This document shows positions 33,763-44,304 of a stretch of DNA of 64,000 nt, piece by piece. The notes under the pieces are model-generated. The model worked only from the letters and a program-made list of their open reading frames with translations, was not told the origin of the DNA and ran no database searches. Origin of the DNA: Promethearchaeota archaeon (GTDB taxonomy: Archaea > Asgardarchaeota > Lokiarchaeia > Sigyniarchaeales > SOKP01); the NCBI GenBank assembly GCA_016840085.1, contig JAEOTA010000012.1:1-64000 (forward strand). The letters are read 5' to 3'. Position 1 is the stretch's first letter. Each line of letters opens with the position of its first letter. Both the position numbers and the translations under genes were made by a program.

Positions 33763-34446
33763 TTATTTCCTTTTCTTAAGATATATTGTTATTCCTAATA
33801 TTACTACAATGCCTACTACGACTCCAACAATAACGTATATCATGGTTAAATCTTCTGATTCAGGGATTAGTACAGTCCATGTTGAAAAATGATTAGTATC
33901 ACAAACTAAATATCCATTTTGTAGTGAAGTTGGAACCGTAACCCATTCTTCAGTACTTTCATCGTAATATGCCCATTCCGCGTTTTGATTTCTGTTATTT
34001 GCTTCTATTTTAAGCTTCGCTTGACAAGAATCATTGCATTGAATTGACACGCAAAATCCCTCTTCATATCTGAAGCGATTTCGATTTCTCACTCGATACG
34101 TATGACCTTTCTGTAATCCAAGTTGGATTTGTTCTTCTGTGCAAGTCATATTCATGTGAAGATCATTTTCTGCATCTATTTCAATTTCAAAATTCTTTGC
34201 TCCAATTTTCATTGCTTCACAACTAATATTTAACTCAATATTAACATTACAGTTAAAAGTTAACCTTGTTCTCTCCCGAAATTGTAATTGAGTTCTGTTT
34301 TCAGCTTGAATTCGAGTTTGAATTGTATCTCCAGGAACATCAATGGGCGATTGCCCATTAGCTGCCATCGTATTCATCGAATAAAATGAAATAAATATTG
34401 AAAGAACTACTACACCAAAAAGTATTTTTTTAAATTTGTTTGACAT
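33763..34446 (-). CDS. Surface protein with signal peptide, HFS motif and C-terminal TM anchor
   Basis: Signal peptide; WAYYDESTEEW...LVCDTNHFSTWTVL; TM helix + KKRK. Confidence 0.8.
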   Translation of the reverse strand: MSNKFKKILFGVVVLSIFISFYSMNTMAANGQSPIDVPGDTIQTRIQAENRTQLQFRERTRLTFNCNVNIELNISCEAMKIGAKNFEIEIDAENDLHMNMTCTEEQIQLGLQKGHTYRVRNRNRFRYEEGFCVSIQCNDSCQAKLKIEANNRNQNAEWAYYDESTEEWVTVPTSLQNGYLVCDTNHFSTWTVLIPESEDLTMIYVIVGVVVGIVVILGITIYLKKRK

Positions 34447-34890
34447 TTTATAAACACCTAAACTTATCTATGGAATAAAAAGGGAATGATATAAAAAGCT
34501 TTGAGGAATAATTTTCCCCATTTGAAAAATAAGATATAAAGATGTTTTGAAAGGCTTTTTTTAATCTATATTTGAGGTATAGTAATGTCAAATTAAATAA
34601 GCATCAAAGTGAAGGTAGTAGAAAGATTTTTAAAATAACAAATAATTTAATGTTATAATATAAAATTCTAATGGGATAAAATAGAATGAAAACACTTCAA
34701 GATTTAGAAACTTATTCCTTTAGCAATTATTTGAAGTCTCATTCTTCATTAGAATTGTGCCCAAGTGTATTAAGCTTACACTTATTATTATTATGAAAAA
34801 CCTTCTTTATTTTTGAAGACGTATCTTTATTTCCTTCATAAAAATAAGAAGGTTATTAACTTTAAAAGAAATTTAAATAGGTTAAATGAA

Positions 34891-36513
34891 ATGAATGAAA
34901 AAAGCGATATTATGGTTTCCGATATGATGGAAAAAATTCGAGGGACATTAATCCTACCCAAAAAAGCATATTTCTTCGATACTACTCTTCGTGATGGAGA
35001 ACAAACTCCAGGAATTAGCTTTCCACTAAAAGAAAAAATATCTATTGCCCAATCATTAAATGAACTGGGTATAGATGTAATTGAGGCAGGATTTCCAGTC
35101 ATTTCACAAGGCGATTTTGAAGCCTGCAAGGAAATTGCGAAACTTGGTTTAGATTCAGAAGTAATAGGATTAGCTCGTATTAAGAAGATTGATATTGATA
35201 AGGTTATTGAAGCAGATATGGATTCAATTCATGTATTTATTGCAACTTCAGACTTACACTTGAAAGAAAAGCTAAAAATGACCAGAGAAGAAGTTGTCGA
35301 TAATGTTAAAGAATTGATATCTTACGCCAAAGAACATTATTCTGAGATTCAGTTTTCAGCTGAAGATGCAACACGTTCAGACTTAGACTATTTAATCAAG
35401 GTTAATCAAACTGCTGTTGAAAGCGGAGCTACTCGAATTAACATACCTGATACTGTTGGAACAATATCTCCAACCGCATTTGGATATATTGTTAGGAAAA
35501 ATTATGAATTATTGCCTAAAGATGTACGGATTGCGGTGCACTGCCATAATGATTTTGGATTAGCTGTGGCAAATACAATAGCGGGATTTGAAAATGGTGC
35601 TTCAGAAGCTCAAACAACAATATTAGGGTTAGGTGAGAGAGCAGGAAATGCGTCGTTTGAAGAAACTGCTATGTCTCTTTATGCGCTATATCAAATCCCA
35701 ATGCAGATAAATACAAGATTGATTTTTCCAACAGCAAAATTAGTTGAAAGCCTATGCGGGGGGAAAGTATCTATTGGTAGATTGACCCCGTTAATTGGTC
35801 AGAATGCATTTGCACACGAATCAGGTATTCACGCTCATGCAATGATTCAACATGCTCGTGCATACGAACCTATAACACCCGAATTAATAGGGATTAGACG
35901 TTCTGACAATGTTGAAGAAATAATTAAACAATCAATAAAATTGGGAAAACATACAGGAGGTCATGCACTTAAAGCAAAATTAGAAGATTTAGGTGTTCAT
36001 ACTACAGACGTTCAATTTTCCAATATTATGGATCATGTTAAAGCTTTTGGAGATAAAGGACATGAGGTAACGGAAGAAGATTTCTATGCAATTTTAAAGG
36101 ATGTTTTCGAAGAACTACCCGAAGAAGATCAATTCGTAAAACTCGAAGAATTAACAGTCCTAACTGGATCTATTACTCCCACTTCTACTGTACGTTTAAA
36201 AATTGATGATAATGGAAATAGTATTGAGAAGGTAGCCTCATCAATAGGAGTTGGCCCTGTAGATGCATCAGTTAATGCTATTATTAAATGTTTTGAGCCA
36301 ATGAGTAAAATTAAGCTATTAAATTATCAAATTGATGCTATAACGGGGGGAACTGAAGCATTAGGACATACTACTATTGAAATAATGGATATAGAAAGCA
36401 ATCACATTGTAAAAACAAGTGCAACTCATGAAGATATCGTGATGAGCTCAGTTTTATCATTACTAAAAGGACTTAACCTTATAGTCAAGAAAAAAAACTC
36501 ATCTAGCAATTAA
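34891..36513 (+). CDS. leuA: 2-isopropylmalate synthase (LeuA/CimA family); start approximate
   Basis: FDTTLRDGEQ, HCHNDFG, GERAGN, HESGIH, C-terminal regulatory domain GVGPVDA; adjacent to leuC/leuD. Confidence 0.85.
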   Translation: MNEKSDIMVSDMMEKIRGTLILPKKAYFFDTTLRDGEQTPGISFPLKEKISIAQSLNELGIDVIEAGFPVISQGDFEACKEIAKLGLDSEVIGLARIKKIDIDKVIEADMDSIHVFIATSDLHLKEKLKMTREEVVDNVKELISYAKEHYSEIQFSAEDATRSDLDYLIKVNQTAVESGATRINIPDTVGTISPTAFGYIVRKNYELLPKDVRIAVHCHNDFGLAVANTIAGFENGASEAQTTILGLGERAGNASFEETAMSLYALYQIPMQINTRLIFPTAKLVESLCGGKVSIGRLTPLIGQNAFAHESGIHAHAMIQHARAYEPITPELIGIRRSDNVEEIIKQSIKLGKHTGGHALKAKLEDLGVHTTDVQFSNIMDHVKAFGDKGHEVTEEDFYAILKDVFEELPEEDQFVKLEELTVLTGSITPTSTVRLKIDDNGNSIEKVASSIGVGPVDASVNAIIKCFEPMSKIKLLNYQIDAITGGTEALGHTTIEIMDIESNHIVKTSATHEDIVMSSVLSLLKGLNLIVKKKNSSSN

Positions 36514-36581
36514 TAAAACCTCTAATATATGTATAAGTTAATCTATGGATTACTATTAAGCAAAGGTAAGGTAAAGAAAAT

Positions 36582-37856
36582 ATGGAGTTAACAATAACAG
36601 AGAAAATTCTGAGAGCCCATTGTGACAATAAGTCTGCTGTTGCCGGAGATTTTATTTTAGCTAATGTTGATAAATGTTTAGCAAATGATATTACTGCTCC
36701 TATTGCAATTGATGTTTTTGAAAAGATAATTAAAGGATCAGAGAAAGGTCTTTTTGATAAAAACAAAATAATTTTGACTCCTGATCATTTTACGCCAAAC
36801 AAAGATATTGCCTCAGCAGAACAGTGTAAAATACTTAGAGATTTTGCTTATAAATATAACATTTTAAATTATTTTGAAGTCGGTCATGGGGGAATTGAAC
36901 ATTGCCTTATACCAGAGCAAGGATTAGTAGGACCAGGAGATGTCTTTATTGGTGCCGACTCCCATACTTGCACATACGGCGCACTTGGTGCTTTTTCTAC
37001 CGGTGTTGGTTCTACAGATTTAGGTGTAGCAATGGCTTTAGGAAAATGTTGGCTTAAAATACCTGAATCAATAAAAATTATTTTTTCTGGCAATTTAAAT
37101 CAATGGGTTTCTGGAAAAGATTTAATTTTATTTACTATTGGTCAAATAGGTGTTGATGGAGCTACTTATAAAGCTATAGAATTCACCGGACATGTTGTTA
37201 ATACTCTATCCATAGATAATAGATTTACGATGTGTAATATGGTAATTGAAGCAGGGGCTAAAAATGGGATAATAGAGCCTGACAAAATTACAAGAGATTA
37301 TCTGAAAGAGATTGGAAATTCTAAATATAAAGTGTATAAAAGTGATAAAGATGCAGAATATATTGATGTTATAGAATTCGAATGTAAAACTATTGAACCT
37401 CAAATTGCTTTACCTCCTTCACCTGAAAATTCAAAACCAATTTCAGAAGTAAATAATATGAGAATAGAAATAGATCAATCTGTGATAGGCTCTTGTACAA
37501 ATGGTCGATTGGAAGATTTGAAAATTGCTGCTAGTATTTTAAAGAATCTCAAAATTCATCATGATGTTAGGTGTATTATTATTCCAGGAACTCAAAATAT
37601 TTATCTTCAAGCATTAAAAGAAGGATTAATAGAGATTTTTATTAATGCTGGCGCTATTGTTTTACCTCCCACTTGTGGTCCTTGTTTAGGAGGGCATATG
37701 GGGGTTCTTGCTGCTGGAGAAAGAGCCATTTCAACAACGAATAGAAACTTTTCAGGTAGGATGGGCCATATAGAAAGTGAGGTATATTTATCAAATCCTG
37801 CAATTGCTACTGCTTCAGCCATTAAAGGATATATTACATCACCAGATTTTATTTAA
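36582..37856 (+). CDS. leuC: 3-isopropylmalate dehydratase large subunit
   Basis: [30 protein letters not shown]. Confidence 0.92.
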   Translation: MELTITEKILRAHCDNKSAVAGDFILANVDKCLANDITAPIAIDVFEKIIKGSEKGLFDKNKIILTPDHFTPNKDIASAEQCKILRDFAYKYNILNYFEVGHGGIEHCLIPEQGLVGPGDVFIGADSHTCTYGALGAFSTGVGSTDLGVAMALGKCWLKIPESIKIIFSGNLNQWVSGKDLILFTIGQIGVDGATYKAIEFTGHVVNTLSIDNRFTMCNMVIEAGAKNGIIEPDKITRDYLKEIGNSKYKVYKSDKDAEYIDVIEFECKTIEPQIALPPSPENSKPISEVNNMRIEIDQSVIGSCTNGRLEDLKIAASILKNLKIHHDVRCIIIPGTQNIYLQALKEGLIEIFINAGAIVLPPTCGPCLGGHMGVLAAGERAISTTNRNFSGRMGHIESEVYLSNPAIATASAIKGYITSPDFI

Positions 37857-37866
37857 GGTTGATAAT

Positions 37867-38376
37867 ATGATTGGAAAAGTTATAAAATATGATATAAAAG
37901 ATATAAATACAGACTTAATCATTCCAGCTAGATATTTGACTATGTCTGAACCTGAATATCTAGCTAAACATTGTATGGAAGATTTAGACGCTAAATTTAT
38001 TCATAAAGCAAAAAAATTCGGTTATACAATAATGGTTGCTGGAGCTAATTTTGGATGCGGATCAAGCAGAGAACAAGCACCAATTGCTCTTAAAGCAGCA
38101 GGAATTCAATGTATAATCGCCCCCTCGTTTGCAAGAATATTTTTTAGAAATTCTGTAAATATAGGGGTGCCTATAATTGAATTTAATAAGATTGAGAACA
38201 TAAATACTAATGATGTTTTAGAAATAATATTTACAGAAGGAATCATTAAGGATACTTCCACTAAGAAGGAATATCAAGTAAAAAAAATATCTTCTTTCTT
38301 ACAAGAAATAATATCTGCTAATGGTTTGATAAATTACGCTAGAAGTAAAATTTTGGGGAAATCCATTATTAAATAA
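37867..38376 (+). CDS. leuD: 3-isopropylmalate dehydratase small subunit (start moved to MIGKVI)
   Basis: DINTDLIIPARYL, NFGCGSSREQA, SFARIFFRN. Confidence 0.92.
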   Translation: MIGKVIKYDIKDINTDLIIPARYLTMSEPEYLAKHCMEDLDAKFIHKAKKFGYTIMVAGANFGCGSSREQAPIALKAAGIQCIIAPSFARIFFRNSVNIGVPIIEFNKIENINTNDVLEIIFTEGIIKDTSTKKEYQVKKISSFLQEIISANGLINYARSKILGKSIIK

Positions 38377-38550
38377 AATTAAATGCAAGATATTCTGTGA
38401 AATTCATAAAAAATTCAAATTTATTGAACTTTAAGTTATTTTTATAATTTTGAAAATATTATTAAAGATATTCAAATTAAAATATTATAATTCATCTTAA
38501 GTTTAATTTAATTTGAATTTCAAATTCATAGTATTTATGGAGATAAATTT

Positions 38551-40806
38551 ATGTCTTTAAAAGAATTTACGAAGGAAGTATTCACTCGATATGGTTTTAC
38601 TGAAGAACATATCAATATCTATTTAGTCTATTTAAGAGTTCCACGTGCTACCACTTCTGAAGTGTATATGACTCTTGTTGAAGAGTATGGAGATTTGCAG
38701 TATGAGACTGTGGCAGAAGTCACCAATTGGTTAGTTGAAAAAGGCTTCCTAAAAAAAATTGAAGGAATAGTTGATAGATATATCCCTCTTGAACCTTTCT
38801 TTGAATTATTTACTAATGAATCCGAAATCTTTAGAAATGAAATTGCAAAAATAAAAGATAATATTTTAGGAGATCAATCTAGTCGTTTTGAGAAACTCGA
38901 AGGAATACAAAATAAAAGCCTTCAAGAGATCGAAAAAGCAGTAGATACTCAAATTAAGGATTTTTTCGAAGATTCAGATGCAAAAAATAATACTAAAAAG
39001 AATCGAATTGAACGTGCTACAAATCGATTTACAGAAACTACCAAAGCTCTTGAAAATAATATACATACAATTACGGATACATTAAACGCAAATCTAAAAA
39101 GTATATCTGGATCAAGCGTTAGTAACAATGAAACTGAGATAAATAAAACTAAAGAAAATTTAACTACTTTAATCCAGAATTTGTTGAATGATTTTTCAAC
39201 ACGAGTTGAAAACTTAGATAAAGAATTAAAAATGGATCTTGATGAACATGTAGAAAGGCATAAAAATATTGCAAATCAGCTAAAACCGAAAATGGAACAA
39301 ATTTTAGAGAAATATCTAGAGCGAATGGATAAAGTTGTTACAGATCTAAAAGAAAGGATTTCAAATATATTAAAAGAACATACAACCCATGTTAAAAACA
39401 CTACAGACACCTTACAAATGAATTTAAAAGCTAGTGTTGATGATAGACACAGAACGCTTACTGATCAGACTAATGATTTTAAAAGCATGACTTTAACACT
39501 AATTGACAACTTACTTGAACACGCGAATAGATTTACTGATTTTTCTGAAGATATGGCTAAAAAGGGATTTTTTTGGATGGGAAAAAAGAAAAAATACAAA
39601 GCAAGACATGAAACCACCATACAAAGCATTTTAACTTACACTGAGCCAATGAAAGATGGGTTCATTAAAGTAAGTGACGATTATGTTCAAAATACAAGGA
39701 ATACTACGGATGAAATAAAAACTGACGTTACAAATATAATGTCAACTGAACATGAAAATCTAGCCACTGAAACTAATGATTTAGATTATAAAACTCAAGA
39801 AACTATTGATGCTCAATTAGAAACGTTAGCTACAGATATGGCTGGAGAAGTTGATGATACATTACAAAGTGGTATCAAAGATTGCTCTGATACGACCCTT
39901 AAATTAAAAGATTCTCTAGAGAACTCTCTAAAACAACATCATCGACAATATGATGAAGCCATCACCAATCATAGAGAAGGTTCGTTGAGACACTACACAA
40001 ATTTCGATACTGAAATTAAGAAAATCAATGCTGATTGGACAAGAGAAGTCGATACTAATTTTACTAATGGCAAAAGAGATTGTACAGAAAAAATTAATAG
40101 TGAAATTAGTCTATGGAATACTGAATCGAGAGATATGGACATGATGTTAACTGATATGTTGGGTGGCCACAAATCAAAATATGAGCAAAACGCAAAAACC
40201 CTGCAAAATAGTTTATCAAATACCACTCGGGATACCATTCAAAATGTAAAAGATGCTATTGCCGATTTTACCCTCCAATTTATGAATTCAATTGATGATG
40301 CAACTGAACTGGGTGAAAATGATGAAGAAAAATTAAAAGATATTCATCATGCTTCTAGCTCAATCCCAGAAATATCTAAGGTTACATCTTGGCAGGTAAT
40401 CGGTAGGCAAGCTATGATTAATGCAATGAAAGACGCAATCTATCGAGTCAAATCTTCAATTATCATTGTTACTCCTGTTGTAGTCCCTGAAATCTTACAA
40501 GTTGTTTCTGAATATGCTTTTCAAAAGAAAGCTGCTAGATTTATGCTCACTTCACATTTTGACCTTCAGACTTACTCTGGAATAATTAAAAAAATGCAAC
40601 AATTAGGAAATATACAATTTCGCCAACTGCAGACAGCAGCCGATTTTTACGCCTTAACCCGCGATGCAGAAGAAGTAATACTCTGTCCCCATTCAGAGAA
40701 AGAATCAGAGATGATCGCGGTTGTTTCTAATCAGACAGCATATTCTATTTTGTACAGCCAGTTTATAGGTCCTATTTTTCAAGCGAATAGTAGGCCGATT
40801 AAGTAA
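38551..40806 (+). CDS. TrmB-like winged helix + ~520-aa helical/coiled-coil rod + TrmB/PLD-fold-like C-terminal domain
   Basis: N-terminal YGFTEEHINIYLVYL...LVEKGFLKKIEG...YIPLEP; long helical middle; C-terminal WQVIGRQAMINAMKDAIYRVKSSIIIVTP...TRDAEEVIL. Confidence 0.65.
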   Translation: MSLKEFTKEVFTRYGFTEEHINIYLVYLRVPRATTSEVYMTLVEEYGDLQYETVAEVTNWLVEKGFLKKIEGIVDRYIPLEPFFELFTNESEIFRNEIAKIKDNILGDQSSRFEKLEGIQNKSLQEIEKAVDTQIKDFFEDSDAKNNTKKNRIERATNRFTETTKALENNIHTITDTLNANLKSISGSSVSNNETEINKTKENLTTLIQNLLNDFSTRVENLDKELKMDLDEHVERHKNIANQLKPKMEQILEKYLERMDKVVTDLKERISNILKEHTTHVKNTTDTLQMNLKASVDDRHRTLTDQTNDFKSMTLTLIDNLLEHANRFTDFSEDMAKKGFFWMGKKKKYKARHETTIQSILTYTEPMKDGFIKVSDDYVQNTRNTTDEIKTDVTNIMSTEHENLATETNDLDYKTQETIDAQLETLATDMAGEVDDTLQSGIKDCSDTTLKLKDSLENSLKQHHRQYDEAITNHREGSLRHYTNFDTEIKKINADWTREVDTNFTNGKRDCTEKINSEISLWNTESRDMDMMLTDMLGGHKSKYEQNAKTLQNSLSNTTRDTIQNVKDAIADFTLQFMNSIDDATELGENDEEKLKDIHHASSSIPEISKVTSWQVIGRQAMINAMKDAIYRVKSSIIIVTPVVVPEILQVVSEYAFQKKAARFMLTSHFDLQTYSGIIKKMQQLGNIQFRQLQTAADFYALTRDAEEVILCPHSEKESEMIAVVSNQTAYSILYSQFIGPIFQANSRPIK

Positions 40807-40922
40807 ATATGGCAGAGTAGGTTGACCAAGAAATATAGTTAGTAAAAAAACAATATTTAAAAATTTAATCCTTTTCTCTTTTCTACTTTTTTAATCAATT
40901 GTTTAAGATTACAAATTTTCTA

Positions 40923-41330
40923 TTAAGGTAAAAATTCAATTTTTCTCCTTGGAAAGGATTCATTTTCTAAATGTTCAAAAAATTCTTGTTCAGATAAATA
41001 GACTGCTTTCTTCAATTTATAGCCGTCTCCTGTGTCTTCAAGTTCTTTTAGTGCAACATTATCTAAATATATAATATCACTATGATTAATAATTCCTTGA
41101 TTTACCATTTCTCTCATTATCGAATTTCCATCAGATTGAGTCAGTATAGCTGGTGTTTGATCTAATTTATTTCCGTGAACGATGCCTACTCTTGCCTTGG
41201 TTTCAATAGCACCATTAATTATAACATAATGAACAATGAAAATAATGCAATCGTTTTTTTCACAAAAAAATTTGACCTTTTTGGCGGTGTCTTTTGAATA
41301 GACGAAAAAAATCCAAGATCTTCTCCCCAT
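40923..41330 (-). CDS. Hypothetical protein
   Basis: 135-aa ORF with upstream GAGG; no family recognised. Confidence 0.6.
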   Translation of the reverse strand: MGRRSWIFFVYSKDTAKKVKFFCEKNDCIIFIVHYVIINGAIETKARVGIVHGNKLDQTPAILTQSDGNSIMREMVNQGIINHSDIIYLDNVALKELEDTGDGYKLKKAVYLSEQEFFEHLENESFPRRKIEFLP

Positions 41331-41401
41331 TTATATGCCCTCACTAATTATTTTTTGTCTTTTTTTTTGGAAAAACTATTAATTTGTGAAAAGAAGGTGA
41401 T

Positions 41402-41767
41402 TTAAATCCCATCTATTGAATTTATTATTTCTTCCGAAAGAACTATACTATTCTCACAGAATTTCTTATCTAACATTGTATTTAAGTGATAATCAGCTTT
41501 TACTCGATTATCTCTTAATTTATCTAACATATTTTTTAATATAGTCTCATCAAGCTCATCTAAAACATCAAGAACATCTTGATGTTGACGTTCTTTATCA
41601 AATCTTTTTGCTTTATATCTTATCAAATATTCTCTTGTTGTTAAAAAGGCAGCATAATATGCTCGCCCTATTACAGTTCTGAATTTTCCTTGTTCATCTA
41701 AATTATCGTTATCTTTTATGCTTTTCGCGACATCTAGGAAAATCTCTGGATTAAAATATATTCTCAC
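41402..41767 (-). CDS. HEPN-domain protein
   Basis: GRAYYAAF...H...LRDNRVKADY pattern of stand-alone HEPN proteins. Confidence 0.82.
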   Translation of the reverse strand: MRIYFNPEIFLDVAKSIKDNDNLDEQGKFRTVIGRAYYAAFLTTREYLIRYKAKRFDKERQHQDVLDVLDELDETILKNMLDKLRDNRVKADYHLNTMLDKKFCENSIVLSEEIINSIDGI

Positions 41768-41777
41768 TAAATCTCCC

Positions 41778-42335
41778 TCACATCACGAGTTTTATGAAAA
41801 AATTCCTTTTCAATTCTTTAATTTTTCTGGCACTTTCTTCTGAGCTTATAAGAATCATTGATTTTATTCTACCGTATATTAGAGTATTTATTTTTTTCCA
41901 CAAAAACATTTCTTGATTGAAGGGGATACCTTGAAAGTTTAAATAGAGTACAAGTTTCTCATAATCTGGAATTTCCCAATCTCCTTCAAAAAGAATTGTA
42001 TTTTCCAAACTCACTTTTTCTTGTTCGATAAAATCGTTTAAACTTCTTTCTATTTGACTTATGAATTTCCTAAAAATTGAATTGTGAACGATTAAATTCT
42101 CTACTTTGTTACTAAATTGTAATAATAGTCTTACTGGTGTTTTAACAGTATGTAGAATTTGTTCCCAATAATATATATTTTCCTCAACATCAGGGCTCTC
42201 AATTCCTTTCTTGAAAACATCAACAATTCCCGTAGCATTAGTACCAAATGATAATTTAACACTTGATGTATCATTGTTGTGATAAATTATGGGATTGTCC
42301 AATGATGTTTCCAAATCAGGTTCAATTGATTCCAT
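41778..42335 (-). CDS. Hypothetical protein, probable partner (antitoxin-like) of the downstream HEPN protein
   Basis: 10 nt upstream of the HEPN gene; acidic DWEIPDYEKLVL segment. Confidence 0.5.
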   Translation of the reverse strand: MESIEPDLETSLDNPIIYHNNDTSSVKLSFGTNATGIVDVFKKGIESPDVEENIYYWEQILHTVKTPVRLLLQFSNKVENLIVHNSIFRKFISQIERSLNDFIEQEKVSLENTILFEGDWEIPDYEKLVLYLNFQGIPFNQEMFLWKKINTLIYGRIKSMILISSEESARKIKELKRNFFIKLVM

Positions 42336-42351
42336 TTTTCCTTAAATCTGT

Positions 42352-43239
42352 TTAATTTTCTTTTTCTTCTTTCTCTTCTTTTTTAATTCCTTGGTTAGAA
42401 GGTGTTATAGGAACTCGAACAAGTGCTGGAACTTGTTCTAAAACTGGAGTTTTGGTTACTATCCTTGGTGGATTAAATAGGAAATATAATTCTCTATATT
42501 GTTTACCAATTTCCCAAAGTTCAGAATTGTATTTATTAAAATCCAGACTATCATTAAGATAATTTTTAACAATAAAATTAATATGGACTTCTAAATATTT
42601 TTGATAATCATCTTCATTTATTTCCTCTTTAGAATAGTTTTTTTCAATTACATAGTTGTATAAAATAGACAGTAGTTTAAAATACAAGTAGACCATATTT
42701 TCTTTGAGTGCGCAAGAATGGTTTTTCATTATTCTTATCATTACCCCTAAAACTCCATTTATTAAAGTACTATTTATTTTCTTTAAACTTTCTTTATTTT
42801 CTTCTAAGAATTCTAATATCTTTCTAAAAATTATGCTTGTAAACTCGATATTTTTCATATAAACTTCGGATTCTAATTCATCTTTATGAAATTCATTAAT
42901 TTTTTCTGTAAAATCTTGAAACTCTTGCCACAATCTCTCAATATTAATGCCTTGATAAAAATTATTTTTAATAGATGTAATCGTTTTTTTTCCTATTACT
43001 TTAGCAGAATTGAAAATATTTCTTTTATTTTGAAATATACCGATATAATCATTTGCAATATCCTTAAGGATTGCTGCAATAAGAAATATTTCTTTAGTTT
43101 CAAGAAAAATACTATTTTCCATGAGACGATTGGCAGCAATGTTCATTAAATTAAATTTATCATTTTCAAAAGCTTTTATACAGTATTCTAAATCTTGAGA
43201 AAGAATTTCAATATTTAAGGGATTCTTCATATCTATCAA
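42352..43239 (-). CDS. Hypothetical all-helical protein
   Basis: 295-aa ORF co-oriented and tightly spaced with the HEPN module. Confidence 0.6.
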   Translation of the reverse strand: MIDMKNPLNIEILSQDLEYCIKAFENDKFNLMNIAANRLMENSIFLETKEIFLIAAILKDIANDYIGIFQNKRNIFNSAKVIGKKTITSIKNNFYQGINIERLWQEFQDFTEKINEFHKDELESEVYMKNIEFTSIIFRKILEFLEENKESLKKINSTLINGVLGVMIRIMKNHSCALKENMVYLYFKLLSILYNYVIEKNYSKEEINEDDYQKYLEVHINFIVKNYLNDSLDFNKYNSELWEIGKQYRELYFLFNPPRIVTKTPVLEQVPALVRVPITPSNQGIKKEEKEEKEN

Positions 43240-43612
43240 AAAATAATTATTTTTTTTTTATTTTAAAATTTCTCTCTATTCAGAAAAAAAGGTTATGAAT
43301 AAATAATTTCGCTTTTCTTTATGAAAAAGTTGGTTAATCGATATTGTATTTTTTCTCAATTTTTTATTTATTAAAAAATCAAATTCAAGAATGGTAGAAT
43401 ACCATAAATCTGATTATATATGAAATGATTTCCTTCCTTTTTAGAACCAAAAAAATTGAATAGACTATTAAAGTAAGTATAAAGAGAGAACCAGAAGGAA
43501 AGTTATAAAAGTAATCTATTTGTAATATGGGTACAATTTAAATTTTTATTTTAAAGTAGCTTTAGTGAAATTTCAATTTAAACTGATTATAAAGCTTTGA
43601 GGTAGTAAAGAA

Positions 43613-44080
43613 ATGGTTGAAGAACAAGAAAGAGTCTATTTTCAGGATCAATGGCCTGAAATAGCAACTCAATGTTGGGGTTGTGGAAGAAATAATGAAC
43701 ATGGCTTACAAATCAAGAGTTAATGGGATGGAGATGAAGCAGTTTGTGAGTGGAAAGCAAAAGAATATCATATGGTATTCCCTGGTACTGTAAGTGGAGG
43801 GATTATCGCTTCAATTGTAGAGTGTCATTGTGGTAATACTGCTATTGCTCACTTATATAAAAAAGAGGGGAGAGAACTTGGCGAGGTTCCTTACCCTGGC
43901 ATTGTTAGTGGTACATTAACAGTAAAATATTTGATGCCGATACCTATAAGAAGGCCAATCACATTGCGTGCTAAAGTTGAGGATGCTACCGATAAAAAAA
44001 TTACTGTTTCCTGTTCTGTTTATTCAAGAAATAAATTATGTGCAAAAGGAGAATTAATTGCCATAAAAGTTGGTCGTTAA
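43613..44080 (+). pseudogene. PaaI-family hot-dog thioesterase with an internal TAA at codon 37 (43721-43723)
   Basis: MVEEQERVYFQDQWPEIATQCWGCGRNNEHGLQIKS*WDGDEAVCEWKAKEYHMVFPGTVSGGIIASIVECH... in one frame; TAA lies where Tyr is expected. Confidence 0.8.
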
Positions 44081-44304
44081 ATTAATAATATTTCTTTTTT
44101 TTCATCAGAATTTTAAAATAATTAAGGGATAAGACGAAAGCTAAAATAATTTTATTGGAACTCAAAGGAATTTGGGAAAACTAATAAAAGAAATTGGTTT
44201 TAGAAAAAACCTAAATTTTTAAGACTAGATTAAATTTTCAATCATATTATATGAAAAAAGTCGAAATATGATAAGTTTTTAAAAAAAGAGAGGACAAGAT
44301 TAAA

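Noticed and set aside
38551-40806. SMC/Rad50 annotation for the long coiled-coil protein
   Set aside because: No Walker A/B, signature, hinge or zinc-hook motifs
43721-43723. Possible selenocysteine/pyrrolysine recoding in the thioesterase
   Set aside because: The codon is TAA at a probable Tyr position, and no SECIS-like hairpin was noticed
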